Positions 28,187-43,939 of a stretch of DNA of 64,000 nt are shown piece by piece. The DNA lies in contig OZ024741.1 of NCBI GenBank assembly GCA_964016885.1, forward strand, positions 311,550,001 through 311,614,000. The letters run 5' to 3'. A program made the position numbers and the translations under genes. Position 1 is the stretch's first letter, and every line of letters starts with the position of its first letter. This DNA is from Eledone cirrhosa. Its lineage: Eukaryota. Below the pieces are notes generated by a model. It saw nothing but the letters and a program-made list of their open reading frames with translations, had not been told where the DNA came from and made no database searches.

Positions 28187-28474
28187 ATTAATTACACGCA
28201 CATATCAATGATACTATTTTATACCAAATTTCAAGATTAAAGTGGTCTTGTGATAAACATATGGAATTGTTTACTTATTGAATATTATATCGATCCTCTA
28301 TAATATATAAATGGATTTTTATTTCAGTTAAATGAAATGTTAAACACATTATGCAAGACACAAACCATACCATAATAAAAATAATCATATCCTACAAAAT
28401 CTTACCATATTCTAACAATTCCTACGATATTTATTCTCGACATTCTTCCATTTAAATAAACACACACACACACG

Positions 28475-28512
<38 letters not shown>

Positions 28513-28944
28513 ATATATATATATGTAGTATAGTGTATATATATAAATGCATATACACATACCTACATACCTACATACCGATGCGCTGAACGAGTGTGAC
28601 TTTTAAGTCCACCCAGCGACTTGAACACTCTGGTTCAAACACGACACTTGTGACAATTATTGACACATAGTGCTGGACCCATGCTACCATGTGATGACAA
28701 GTGCAGAGAGATCTCCAGATATAAGGCAATGCCTGTGCCGTGAAGCTTTTATAGTGGGCAAAAGAACTGCACAAAACCAGTCCCACTCTCTTAACCAAGA
28801 TGATATTTACCAAAAAGAATAACAAGTCAACATCATTGGATACAATCAGGTATGTATATATATATATATGTATATGTATATGTATGTATATATGTATATA
28901 TATATATGTATATATATATATGTGTATACATATATATATATATA

Positions 28945-29535
28945 TAAACGGAAAAAATGAAACGAAATTTCATTTCCCACTCTTAGTACGGCTGTTACTT
29001 AAATATAAGTAGGTACACGTACATACACATATGTATACAGACGTACAGTAGTATGTATATATATATATACATACATTCACACATATATATATGTACGTAT
29101 GGATTCACCGAACATTTATTATAATGCTCGGTGTGTTTGTAAACAAACATCCCGTATTAAGCCGTAGTGCCTAGCAACCATCGTTGCTCGTTTGTTCAAC
29201 ACTGACAAAGGAACGTTGTACTAGTTTCAAGCTTATTAGCTATCGTCAGCAACGTATACCTTCCTGCCAGATTGTTGAACGTATATACTTACCTTATGCA
29301 TATTAACTGCTGAGTAGCCCAATTTTCATATCGAGTGGGTTAATCGGCCGGATGCACCGAAAACGATAAGCGGAAAAAATAAAAATAAATTTCATTTCCC
29401 ACTCTTAGTACGGCTGTTACTTAAATATAAGTAGGTACACGTACATACATATATGTATACAGACGTGTGTTTGTAAACAAACATCCCGTATTAAGCCGTA
29501 GTGTCTAGAAACCATCATTGCTCGTTTGTTCAACA
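28945..29535 (-). mobile_element. Non-coding HHR-bearing partial tandem repeat, about 422-nt period (copy at about 36803-37395)
   Basis: AAATTTCATTTCCCACTCTTAG at 28965 and 29387; contains an HHR; no ORF; starts at (TA)n. Confidence 0.65.
29213..29255 (-). ncRNA. Minimal type I hammerhead ribozyme (CTAG family)
   Basis: ACGTTG-CTGACGA-T-AGCT[AATA]AGCT-T-GAAA-CTAG-TA-CAACGT; GUA site. Confidence 0.88.
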
Positions 29536-29564
29536 CTCGTTTGTTCAACGCTCGTTTGTTGCTA

Positions 29565-31052
29565 CTCTGTCAAACTACATCCAGGCAATGCAACCCCACA
29601 TCACTAACACAAGAGAAGTAACATCACAAGAGCATGATGATAGGGAAAAAACCCTCAATGCCCATATGATGATGTGGACAAATATAATGCAGCCCAAACA
29701 AAAGGACTGCCAACAACTTCCAGGCCTGGAACAATGACGTGCCAGCGATCTGGGACCTTACAAACTGCATAATATGTAGTATGGATGGTGTGTCCCTATA
29801 TCCATCTATTGACGTGGATTTTGCTGTGGAGAAATGCATAGAAATGATCAGTGAGAGCAATGTTGAATTCCATAGGATTGATACCAGTGAGCTGGGACTC
29901 CTACTTAAACTTACCTATAGTAATGATTATCTAGATGCATATGACCTTAGCAACCTGTACCCTTCAAGACCAGCAAGAGGCAGACCACCTACAATTACCT
30001 CAATGGCCAAGAAAACGCACACAGATAGAAGGAACAGGTGGACCAGAGCCATACGGACCCCCGAAAACCATGATGAACTAAAGAAAATGACTGCACATAC
30101 GGTGGGGGCCAGTATAAAATTAACCCTTAAGGAACATATGTTCAAATTTAATGGAAAGAAATATGCCCAAGAGGAGGGAGCAGCCATTGATGTTAGCATT
30201 GCAGGTGACATAGCTAACCTATTCATGGCATGGTGGGACAATAGACTTAAACTTAAACTTAAAGAACAATTAGAAGACAGCAACCACTTAACCCTGATAA
30301 TGTACTCCCGCTACGTTGATGATATAAACATCGTAGTAAAAACACCCCCACTAGAGAACAGCCAGGAATTAGATAAAAACACCATGGAAAGCATCCAGCA
30401 AATAGCTAACTCCATCCACCAGAGTATTAGAGTTACTATAGACTACCCAAGCAAATACCCCAACCATCGATTACCTGTACTAGACACAGAGCTCTGGTTA
30501 GATACCATTAATAACAAGAAACAAATCCTCCATTCCCATTATGCTAAACCCATGACTTCCAAATATCTGATCCACCGAAACTCAGCTGTTTCGGACCATA
30601 CCAAAATCAACATACTGATTGCGGATTTGGTACGGGTGATGAGAAACGGATCCCGCATATGAAACCCCAAAGAACTAGAGAGACACATACAACACTTCAT
30701 CCACCGTATGCAGCTCTCTGGTTACAATCAGAGAGATAAAATCAGAGTATATAGAGGAGTCAGAACCAAATGGGAAAAAATGGGAAATAATGATACAAAT
30801 GGGACCTGCCCCTTGTATAGGAACACATTTTGGAATAGAATAGAAAGAATTAGGAATAAGCTTAATAGAATAAACTCATGGTATGATAGCAATAAATACC
30901 AGAGTGTAATGTTCATCGATACAACCCCTAGAGGTGAATTAGCTTACAAATTTAGAATGGCCCTAGATAAACATAAACTCAATATTAAGATAGTAGAAAG
31001 ACCAGGTACCTCCATAAAAACACTTATTAGCAATACATACCCTTTTCAAAGA
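29565..31052 (+). mobile_element. Penelope-like RT pseudogene, 3' part deleted
   Basis: SMDGVSLYPSID, YAQEEGAAI..AGDIANLFM, YSRYVDDI, LPVLDTELW; stop after ..RNGSRI. Confidence 0.88.
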
Positions 31053-31122
31053 ATCGAATCTTGATAAACAAATTCAGAAACGAAATATATATATATATAA
31101 ATATATATATGTATATATATAA

Positions 31123-31163
<41 letters not shown>

Positions 31164-31812
31164 AGAAAGAGAATATTGTATGCAGATAGATGATCAGTTA
31201 GGGCTCTGCATCAACACTACTCCTACAATACTCGAACTGCCAGATCTAGAATTATATTGCAATAAGCACCCAACCGAAGCATTTAAGATTTCATCTGGTG
31301 GAAGACAGCCTATATACATTTAAGAATAAGTAAGCGTAAATGGTTTTGACATCAATTTCTCCGGAAATGATCCATTGCCTGTGTTTCAAGGGATTTGGTG
31401 AATATGCATAGTGTTGTTTCCTTAGCATACATCTGGTCTCTTCAGATTAGTTTATCCACAACTGGTACTATGGAGAACCAGGTGTTGACAGATAGTGGAG
31501 CTGATAATATTTCTTTTTTTCTCTCGAATACCAGCTACCCTCTAAAGTGGTGACTACATCAATAGCTATTTATATAATCATCGGGACGTTACCCCAGCAC
31601 CATCAACACACATACACGCTACTAATAATAATCTATCCACCAGTGGTGGATAAATTAACGTTCGGCAGACCACCCGAAGAGAACCGATTGATGCTAGGGA
31701 GAAAACTCTGCATAGTGGTCAAAACAGTCGAAACATTTTTAATGGAATATTTCCGAATGAATTTATGTAAAAATCTATTATCTTTCAACACACATACATA
31801 CATATACATACA

Positions 31813-31904
<92 letters not shown>

Positions 31905-33104
31905 GACTAACACCTCTGATACAGCATTCACGAGAGGTTGTAACTGTAGAAACAAAGCAAATTGCCCATTAAAAGGAAATTGCCTGATTAATAACATAGT
32001 ATATAAATGCAAAATTAACACTAAGGACTCAACTTATTCATATATAGGAGCTACTTCTAACCATTTTAAAGTAAGATTTAATACCCACAAACACACTTTT
32101 AAAAATGCCGCATTTGCTAATACAACATCCTTAGCTGAAATAATTAATAATTATAGAAAAAGGAATATAGATTATAACCTGACCTGGAGTGTGCTCAAAA
32201 GGGCCACCCCTTATCAAAATAATAGATATGAATGTAGATTATGTTCCCAGGAACTTTTTGAAATAATGAAATCTAAGGATATCTTATTAAATAAGCGACA
32301 GGAATTAATTGTATCATGTAATCATAAATTGAGAAGAACTTTTAAATATTATAAACCTAATTAATATACACTTTACAAATTATTATAATAACATTTTTTT
32401 TTAAATTAGTTAACCTATAATTAATATTCTACTACTAATGAACTGCATAATTTTATTTCACTTTTAAAGCTATCTCTTCCTAAAATTTATACCAATAAGT
32501 ATGCATATAAACTATTTCAATTTCAGGTTATGAATCTATATAAATTTTTTATTTCTCACTAATAAATTTACCCCTCCCCCAATAATAATAATTATTATTA
32601 TTTTTTTATTTTCCCTTCGTTTTTAACATCACTCTTCATTTACATCTAACTCTTATTTATCATATCTAGATGAATTAATATAAATTTATCAATATAAATA
32701 TACCTATCAATTTAATTTATTTATTTTCTTTTTATAGATGTAAGTTCCTTATATTTTGAATAAGATTGATATTTTTCACTAACACATTTATCGTAAAATT
32801 TTATTCTCCTTAGATATTTACATTAGCATTATTCTTTTATAACAACAATTTTTCGTGTACTTTTTACCGACTTGACCTATTTTCATCCCCAAAATAATCT
32901 TTTCATTCATTATATTCTTTCCATTCAAAACTGTAATCTGCTTTCCTCTAGCCCTAAATTAAAGTTCTATTACTACTATTCTACCATCTTGACCACTTAC
33001 TACCTTTCTATTGGTCAATTCAAAACCTGTTCCCAAACAGACCTATTATATTAAATCTTTGTTGGTTTTTTTCAATAAACAAATATCATTATTTCTGAAG
33101 ACAG

Positions 33105-33288
33105 GACGGTGGATTGGCAGTATCGGTAGAGGGTCGGACGCCATGCTTTCCAGCTTAGTTACGTCCCTTTACGATCTAAGTTCAAATCCCGCCGAGGTTG
33201 ACTTTGCCTTTCATCCTTACGGGGTCGATAAAATAAAGTACCAGTAATGCACTGGGTAATTGCTGGCCTTGTGCCTAAAGTAGAAACA
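33105..33288 (+). mobile_element. tRNA-derived SINE inserted into a hammerhead motif
   Basis: 17-bp TSD ATTATTTCTGAAGACAG at 33088-33104 and 33289-33305; absent from the paralog at 41750. Confidence 0.9.
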
Positions 33289-33422
33289 ATTATTTCTGAA
33301 GACAGCATATATATGTGTAGGTATGTATATTCCCTCTGATAGTTTGTAAAAAATTTACATAGATCGATATGATATACATACCAACACACACATATATATC
33401 CTAGAAACGATCGTAAAATGAT
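33289..33422 (+). ncRNA. Type I hammerhead ribozyme (CGATCG family), restored by the TSD
   Basis: ATTATTT-CTGAAGA-CAGCATATATATGTG..CACATATATATCCTA-GAAA-CGATCG-TA-AAATGAT. Confidence 0.75.
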
Positions 33423-33610
33423 GAATTTTTTAATGTAAGGAACTGTTTCTTTGTTTCTATTCATTATTTTTATTAATTTATCTTGACTCAGTTTTCCTGT
33501 ATTTTTCATCGAAATAAACTTTTGAATACATCTTCTCTTTTCATGATATTCGGATTTCATTGAGTTCTTCATACGAATTGGACATTACCGTACATTTTGG
33601 TAGATTTATC

Positions 33611-33644
<34 letters not shown>

Positions 33645-33954
33645 TAGTATATTTATGATATAACTCGCTGACTACTAGAACCAAGATATCCAAAGATAGT
33701 AACTAGAGATTTCCTGTTCTTTAATTTTAACTGTTACATTTCTTTTATTAATGTTACACTTATATGCACACGCAACCCACAAATTGACACACGCATGTGT
33801 GTGAGTGTGTGTCCCTGTCGGTGTTTGAGTATATGTATGTGTGATTGATATATTTTATGGATGAAAGGTTATCATAAGCACACTCACACACCTACACACG
33901 CACAAACACACACACACACGCACACGCACACATACACACACAAGTATATATATA

Positions 33955-34849
33955 GGTGTGTCAGAAAAGTTCCAGGACTGATGTCACAAAAGATTTATTT
34001 CAAATCCAAACTTCACACTTATAGTTTTCTCTTTCAAGGTAATCTCCCTGGAGTATGTAAGTGTAACCTTAGCTCTCTGCAGCGATCAAACTTTTTTCTT
34101 CTTAATTTTATATACATGTCCTCTGTTTCAGGTCGTCGAGCAATGAGCACAGAGCAACGAACAGACTTGAAGTTTCTGGTACGGTTGGGGAAAACTCCGC
34201 TGCAGCAAGTGTATGGAGATGAGACGATGTCACGCTCACGTATTTTTGAGTGATGAAAGAGGTTTAAAGAAGGACGTGAGGACGTGGAAGATGACCCCAT
34301 AGCGGAAGGGCCACAACAACTAGGACTAAGGTCAACGTTGAGCACGTCAGGCAGATGGTGCGTAGCGATCGTCGGCTGACTAATCTACTGATGGCAAATG
34401 AGCTGGGCATGAATCGGGACAGCGTCTGGAAGATTCTGACTGAAGATTTGGACATGCGGAAAGTCTGCACGAAGAAGGTGCTAAAACTGCTGAACAATGA
34501 CCAGAAGGGTCGACGCATGCAAGTGTGCCAGGACATCTTTGAGCGTCTTGAAATCGAACCAGACATGCTAGGGACAGTCATCACCGGTGTTGAGTGATGG
34601 ATCTTCGAGTACGACCCGGAGGGGACCCGTTCTGAAGATGTGAACGAAATCAAAAAGGCCGGGAGGACGGAACTGCGGTGAATCCCGGAAGAATCCTTCA
34701 AGGAGTGCATGCAAGCGTGGCAGAAAAGGATGGAAAAGCGCATTAGACTCCAGGGAGATTACTTTGAAGGAGAAAACTCTTAGTGTGAAGTTTGAGTTTG
34801 AAATAGATCTTTTGTGACATCAGTCCTGGAACTTTTCTGACACACCCCG
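33955..34849 (+). mobile_element. Internally deleted mariner (Tc1/mariner) DNA transposon
   Basis: About 65-bp TIRs GGTGTGTCAGAAAAGTTCCAGGACTGATGTCACAAAAGA with TA flanks. EQR..KF.VRLGK, DRRLT, MRKVC.K.V.KLL, ITG.E*IFEYDPE; catalytic core deleted. Confidence 0.9.
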
Positions 34850-34907
34850 TATATATATATATATATAAATAAATATACAGGTGTGTGTATGATTGTGTAT
34901 TGAAGAT

Positions 34908-35277
34908 TATATTAATAAAAGGAATTCCTACTTTGTCTGACTTACTCGTTATATTTAAAATCCTTTAAAATTATAATGATATTATAATGAAATTGTATGG
35001 TGGAATATTAAATGTTAAGTGTTAATTGAACAAGTTCTTTCATGCTTTCGCAATCTTCAAGTTTATGTTCTGTGGTGACAGTCAAGTTTGCAATTTTCAA
35101 ATGTTTTTCACAGTTGAAAATTGCAAACTTAACTGTCACCACTGAAAGTACTTGTTCAATAAACACTAAACATTTAATATTCCACCATACTATTTCATTC
35201 TAATACCATTATAAATGTTAATGGATTGTAAATAAAACGAGTAAATAAGACAAAATTGGAATTCCTTTTATTAATAT
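34908..35277. mobile_element. Fold-back/MITE-like palindrome (copy at about 43485-43855)
   Basis: Arms begin ATTAATAAAAGGAATTCC and end GGAATTCCTTTTATTAAT, pairing up to a 5-7 nt loop at 35104-35110. Confidence 0.75.
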
Positions 35278-35286
35278 ATATATATA

Positions 35287-35356
35287 TCAAAGTTAATGTC
35301 GTTGATACAATGACATGTCTCTTTACAATCTGACCTAAATTTTCCTGCTAGACATT
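35287..35356 (-). pseudogene. EGF pseudo-exon (acceptor AG to AA, 3' half lost)
   Basis: TTTCAA|AA TGT CTA GCA.. translates (E)CLAGKFRSDCKETCHCINDINFD and then runs into (TA)n. Confidence 0.7.
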
Positions 35357-35629
35357 TTGAAATTATCAGTATATGTTGCAGATATCTTTATGTACATACA
35401 TGTATAAATGAAATAACAATTATACAATTTTATAACATATCAATATTTTTGAGATTATGACAAACGAATGAAACTGAATACGACTATTGAATAATATATC
35501 GATATACTACATGACACAGGAAGATTATATTTGAATATAATGTTCTGAAAACATATGGAAGTAACAATCAATATGAGTAGCAAAATTACATTCACAAATA
35601 GTAAAACTTTTAACGACAATAAATACATT

Positions 35630-35773
<144 letters not shown>

Positions 35774-35849
35774 TGTGTGTGTGTGTGTGTGAGTGTGTGT
35801 GTGAGTGTGTGTGTGTGTGTAGTAAATACGTAACAAATTCTTGATATAC

Positions 35850-35981
35850 CTTGGCAATTGACACCAATGTAACCTGCAGAACATCCATCTGAACATGTTC
35901 CATTTCGCTTGTCACAGTTACTATTGTTGAGACAATGGCATGTCCCATTACAAGCATCGCCAAACTTTCCTACTGGGCATT
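35850..35981 (-). CDS. EGF-like repeat exon (132 nt, phase 1-1)
   Basis: (E)CPVGKFGDACNGTCHCLNNSNCDKRNGTCSDGCSAGYIGVNCQ with AG/GT boundaries. Confidence 0.85.
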
Positions 35982-36307
35982 CTGAAAATATGAATATATA
36001 TGATAATGTTGAAGATATCATTAATTACATACACATATCAATGATACTATTTTATACCAAATTTCAAGATTAAAGTGGTCTTGTGATAAACATATGGAAT
36101 TGTTTACTTATTGAATATTATATCGATCCTCTATAATATATAAATGGATTTTTATTTCAGTTAAATGAAATGTTAAACACATTATGCAAGACACAAACCA
36201 TACCATAATAAAAGTAATCATATCCTACAAAATCTTACCATATTCTAACAATTCCTACGATATTTATTCTCGACATTCTTCCATTTAAATAAACACACAC
36301 ACACACG

Positions 36308-36384
<77 letters not shown>

Positions 36385-37071
36385 TATATGTAGTATAGTG
36401 TATATATATAAATGCATATACACATACCTACATACCTACATACCGATGCGCTGAACGAGTGTGACTTTTAAGTCCACCCAGCGAGTTGAAAACTCTGGTT
36501 CAAACACGACACTTGTGACAATTATTGACACATAGTGCTGGACCCCTGATACCATGTGACGACAAATGCAGAGAGATCTCCAGATATAAAGCAATGCCTG
36601 TGCCGTGAAGCTTTTATAGTGGGCAAAAGAACTGCACAAAACCAGTCCCACTCTCTTAACCAACATGATATTTACCAAAAAAATAACAAGTCAACATCAT
36701 TGGATACCATCAGGTATGTATATATATATATATGTATATGCATATGTATGTATATATGTATATATATATATGTATATATATATGTGTATACATATATATA
36801 TATAAACGGAAAAAAATGAAACGAAATTTCATTTCCCACTCTTAGTACGGCTGTTACTTAAATATAAGTAGGTACACGTACATACACATATGTATACAGA
36901 CGTACAGTAGTATGTATATATATACATACATACATGCACACATATATATATGTACGTATGGATTCACCGAACATTTATTATAATGCTCGGTGTGTTTGTA
37001 AACAAACATCCCGTATTAAGCCGTAGTGTCTAGCAACCATCGTTGCTCGTTTGTTCAACACTGACAAAGGA

Positions 37072-37114
37072 ACGTTGTACTAGTTTCAAGCTTATTAGCT
37101 ATCGTCAGCAACGT
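37072..37114 (-). ncRNA. Minimal type I hammerhead ribozyme (CTAG family), duplicate
   Basis: Identical to 29213-29255. Confidence 0.88.
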
Positions 37115-37423
37115 ATACCTTCCTGCCAGATTGTTGAACGTATATACTTACCTTATGCATATTAACTGCTGAGTAGCCCAATTTTCATATCGAGTGGGTT
37201 AATCGGCCGGATGCACCGAAAACGATAAGCGGAAAAAATAAAAATAAATTTCATTTCCCACTCTTAGTACGGCTGTTACTTAAATATAAGTAGGTACACG
37301 TACATACATATATGTATACAGACGTGTGTTTGTAAACAAACATCCCGTATTAAGCCGTAGTGTCTAGAAACCATCATTGCTCGTTTGTTCAACACTCGTT
37401 TGTTCAACGCTCGTTTGTTGCTA

Positions 37424-39600
37424 CTCTGTCAAACTACATCCAGGCAATGCAACCCCACATCACTAACACAAGAGAAGTAACACCACAAGAGCATGATGAT
37501 AGGGAAAAAACCCTCAATGCCCATATGATGATGTGGACAAATATAATGCAGCCCAAACAAAAGGACTGCCAACAACTTCCAGGCCTGGAACAATGACGTG
37601 CCAGCGATCTGGGACCTTACAAACTGCATAATATGTAGTATGGATGGTGTGTCCCTATATCCATCTATTGACGTGGATTTTGCTGTGGAGAAATGCATAG
37701 AAATGATCAGTGAGAGCAATGCTGAATTCCATAGGATTGATACCAGTGAGCTGGGACTCCTACTTAAACTTACCTATAGTAATGATTATCTAGATACATA
37801 TGACCTTAGCAACCTGTACCCTTCAAGACCAGCAAGAGGCAGACCACCTACAATTACCTCAATGGCCAAGAAAACGCACACAGATAGAAGGAACAGGTGG
37901 ACCAGAGCCATACGGACCCCCGAAAACCATGATGAACTAAAGAAAATGACTGCACATGCGGTGGGGGCCAGTATAAAATTAACCCTTAAGGAACATATGT
38001 TCAAATTTAATGGAAAAACATATGCCCAAGAGGAAGGAGCAGCCATTGGTGTTAGCATTGCAGGTGACATAGCTAACCTATTCATGGTATGGTGGGACAA
38101 TAGACTTAAACTTAAACTTAAAGAACAATTAGAAGACAGCAACCTCTTAACCCTGATAATGTACTCCCGCTACGTTGATGATATAAACATCGTAGTAAAA
38201 ACACCCCCACTAGAGAACAGTCAGGAATTAGAGAAAAACACCATGGAAAGCATCCAGCAAATAGCTAACTCCATCCACCAGAGTATTAGAGTTACTATAG
38301 ACTACCCAAGCAAACACCCCAACCATCGATTACCTGTACTAGACACAGAGCTCTGGTTAGATACCATTAATAACAAAAAACAAATCCTCCATTCCCATTA
38401 TGCTAAACCCATGACTTCCAAATATCTGATCCACCGAAACTCAGCTGTTTCGGACCATACCAAAATCAACATACTGATTGCGGATTTGGTACGGGTGATG
38501 AGAAACGGGTCCCGCATATGAAACCCCAAAGAACTAGAGAGACACATACAACACTTCATCCACCGTATGCAGCTCTCTGGTTACAATCAGAGAGATAAAA
38601 TCAGAGTATATAGAGGAGTCAGAACCAAATGGGAAAAAATGGGAAATAATGATACAAATGGGACCTGCCCCTTGTATAGGAACACATTTTGGAATAGAAT
38701 AGAAAGAATTAGGAATAAGCTTAATAGAATAAACTCATGGTATGATAGCAATAAATACCAGAGTGTAATGTTCATCGATACAAAGCCTAGAGGTGAATTA
38801 GCTTACAAATTTAGAAGGGCCCTAGATAAACATAAACTCAATATTAAGATAGTAGAAAGACCAGGTACCTCCATAAAAACACTTATTAGCAATACATACC
38901 CTTTTCAAAGACCTCCCTGTATAGATAAGAAATGTATAATCTGTAAATTAAGCCCACATATTAACTGTAAAACTAGAAATGTAGTATATAGCATAAGATG
39001 TACTGAAGAACAATTTAAAGATAAGAATATAGTGTACATAGGTGAGACAGCTCGTAGTATAGGGGAACGGATAAATGAACACTGGCGAGAGCTTCAAGAT
39101 AGTAAAGAATTATCTGTACTCCACCAACATGTTAAATAGAACATAAGGGTAAATTAGAGAATGGAAACTACACACAGAAAAGACGCAATGTTTAGACAAA
39201 TCACAGAGGGAATAAACATAAATGAACTCAAACCAAAATTAAATAGAAAACATGAATGGAACAGCAACATCACGACTAACAATTAAGGAAAAAAAATAAA
39301 TAAAAGAACACACACACACACAGAACAAACAACCAACCGGTAACATGTAAATAAACAAATAAATAAGCAAATATAAACACACACAGACACCTGGATGTAA
39401 CAAATGCGAAAACTAAGCACACAGCACACACAAAAACAAGATGGCGTAGGACAGAACAAAGGAGAGGCACAAAAACAAAGAAAATAATCCCCTGTCACTG
39501 AAGAGGTCACATGATGTGTGACAAAAGAACTTTGACAATATATGAACAATCGTCTGGTTGTGGAACCAACCAACCAACCGGAAATTTATAAATTCCTAAA
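37424..39600 (+). mobile_element. Penelope-like element, RT + GIY-YIG + 3' end, with stops
   Basis: RT ORF 37598..38521; CIDKKCIIC..NCKTRNVVYSIRC..YIGETARSIGERINEH in 38567..39139; decayed HHR at 39493-39537. Confidence 0.9.
39493..39537 (+). ncRNA. Decayed hammerhead motif
   Basis: TGTCA-CTGAAGA-G-GTCACAT[GAT]GTGTGAC-AAAA-GAAC-TT-TGACA; the GAAA box is damaged. Confidence 0.5.
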
Positions 39601-39773
39601 TTTATGAATTTAATTTATAATAAATTGAAGTGAAAGCGACTGGTGCGTGTGTTTCTTATTAGCAACATGACCCTCCCAAAGTATAACATATCGGTTTCAA
39701 CAGACGTGTTCAGATAAAGAATCGAATCTTTCTAAACAAATTCAGAAACGAAATATATATATATATAAATATT

Positions 39774-39818
<45 letters not shown>

Positions 39819-40466
39819 GAAAGAGAATATTGTATGCAGATAGATGATCAGTTAGGGTTCTGCATCAACACTACTCCTACAATACTCGAACTGCCAGATC
39901 TAGAATTATATTGCAATAAGCACCCAACCGAAGCATTTAAGATTTCATCTGGTGGAAGACAGCCTATATACATTGAAGAATAAGTAATCGTAAATGGTGT
40001 TGACATCAATTTCTCCGGAAATGATCCATTGCCTGTGTTTCAAGGGATTTGGTGAATATGCATAGTGTTGTTTTCTTAGCATACATCTGGTCTCTTCAGA
40101 TTAGTTTATCCACAACTGGTACTATGGAGAACCAGGTGTTGACAGATAGTGGAGCTGATAATATTTCTTTTTTTCTCTCGAATATCAGCTACCCTCTAAA
40201 GTGGTGACTACATCAATAGCTATTTATATAATCATCGGGACGTTACCCCAGCACCATCAACACACATACACGCTACTAATAATAATCTATCCACCAGTGG
40301 TGGATAAATTAACGTTCGGCAGACCACCCGAAGAGAACCGATTGATGCTAGGGAGAAAACTCTGCATAGTGGTCAAAACAGTCGAAACATTTTTAATGGA
40401 ATATTTCTGAATAAATTTATGTAAAAATCTATTATCTTTCAACACACATACATACATATACATACA

Positions 40467-42213
<1,747 letters not shown>

Positions 42214-42528
42214 GATAAGTAGCACATTTATGATATAAATCGCGTGACTACTAGAACCAAGATATCTAAAGATAGTAACTAGAGATTTCCTGTTCTTTAA
42301 TTTTAACTGTTACCTTTCTTTTATTAATGTTACACTTAACTGCACACCCAACCCACAAATTGACACACGCATGTGTGTGAGTGTGTGTCCCTGTCGGTGT
42401 TTGAGTATATGTATATGTGATTGATATATTTTATGGATGAAAGGTTATCATAAGCACACTCACACACCTATACACACACAAACACACACACACGCACACA
42501 CACCCATACACACACAAGTATATATATA

Positions 42529-43426
42529 GGTGTGTCAGAAAAGTTTCAGGACTGATGTCACAAAAGATTTATTTCAAATCCAAACTTCACACTTATAGTT
42601 TTCTCTTTCAAGGTAATCTCCCTGGAGTATGTAAGTGTAACCTTAGCTCTCTGCAGCGATCAAACTTTTTTCTTCTTAATTTTATATACATGTCCTCTGT
42701 TTCAGGTCGTCGAGCAATGAGCACAGAGCAACGAACAGACTTGAAGTTTCTGGTACGGTTGGGGAAAACTCCGCTGCAGCAAGAAGTGTATGGAGATGAG
42801 ACGATGTCACGCTCACGTATTTTTGAGTGATGAAAGAGGTTTAAAGAAGGACGTGAGGACGTGGAAGATGACCCCATAGCGGAAGGGCCACAACAACTAG
42901 GACTAAGGTCAACGTTGAGCACGTCAGGCAGATGGTGCGTAGCGATCGTCGGCTGACTAATCTACTGATGGCAAATGAGCTGGGCATGAATCGGGACAGC
43001 GTCTGGAAGATTCTGACTGAAGATTTGGACATGCGGAAAGTCTGCACGAAGATGGTGCCAAAACTGCTGAACAATGACCAGAAGGGTCGACGCATGCAAG
43101 TGTGCCAGGACATCTTTGAGCGTCTTGAAATCGAACCAGACATGCTAGGGACAGTCATCACCGGTGTTGAGTGATGGATCTTCGAGTACGACCCGGAGGG
43201 GACCCGTTCTGAAGATGTGAACGAAATCAAAAAGGCCGGGAGGACGGAACTGCGGTGAATCCCGGAAGAATCCTTCAAGGAGTGCATGCAAGCGTGGCAG
43301 AAAAGGATGGAAAAGCGCATTAGACTCCAGGGAGATTACTTTGAAGGAGAAAACTCTTAGTGTGAAGTTTGAGTTTGAAATAGATCTTTTGTGACATCAG
43401 TCCTGGAACTTTTCTGACACACCCCG
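42529..43426 (+). mobile_element. Duplicate internally deleted mariner
   Basis: Same TIRs and deletion as 33955-34849; retains KMVPKLL. Confidence 0.9.
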
Positions 43427-43869
43427 TATATATATATATATATAAATAAATATACAGGTGTGTGTATGATTGTGTATTGAAGATTATATTAATAAAAGGA
43501 ATTCCAACTTTGTCTGACTTACTCGTTTTACTTACAATCCTTTAAAATTATAATGATATTATAATGAAATAGTATGGTGGAATATTAAATGTTAAGTGTT
43601 AATTGAACAAGTTCTTTCATGCTTTCGCAATCTTCAAGTTCATATTCTGTGGTGGCAGTCAAGTTTTCAATTTTCAACTGTGAAAAACAGTTGAAAATTG
43701 CAAACTTAACTGTCACCACTGAAAGTACTTGTTCAATTAACACTAAACATTTAATATTCCACCATACTATTTCATTCTAATACCATTATAAATGTTAATG
43801 GATTGTAAATAAAACGAGTAAATAAGACAAAATTGGAATTCCTTTTATTAACATATATATACATATATA

Positions 43870-43939
43870 TCAAAGTTAATGTCGTTGATACAATGACATG
43901 TCTCTTTACAATCTGACCTAAATTTTCCTGCTAGACATT
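43870..43939 (-). pseudogene. EGF pseudo-exon duplicate
   Basis: Same sequence and mutated acceptor as 35287-35356. Confidence 0.7.

Larger units (their letters stand above)
26715..28470. repeat. Short tandem duplication (about 0.8 kb unit), each unit with one EGF exon
   Basis: 26715-27480 and 27478-28470 share the start GCATTTAGATCTATTTCATTC and the flanking intron. Boundaries lie in (TA)n/(CA)n tracts. Confidence 0.85.
31903..33615 (+). mobile_element. 5'-truncated Penelope-like element (intact GIY-YIG reading frame + long 3' UTR + HHR)
   Basis: [51 protein letters not shown] to 32364; (TA)n on both flanks. Confidence 0.9.

Noticed and set aside
28571-28850. ORF-like block (copy at 36436-36710) as a second exon type of the EGF gene
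   Set aside because: No convincing acceptor or domain. The plus-strand LCREAFIV..SLNQ looks more like a decayed GIY-YIG C-terminus; too weak to annotate.
29300-29372. GC-rich structured-looking stretch as a twister or HDV-like ribozyme
   Set aside because: The conserved nucleotides and pseudoknots could not be placed by eye.
30659-30662. In-frame TGA after ..RNGSRI in both PLE RT copies as selenocysteine (reported for some Naiad PLEs)
   Set aside because: The copies share it through one recent duplication, the element has other stops, and no SECIS was recognised. It would need a family consensus; not supported here.
31670-31745. CCGAAGA..GTCGAAACATTTTTA as an HHR
   Set aside because: Core and helices I and III are too degenerate to support.
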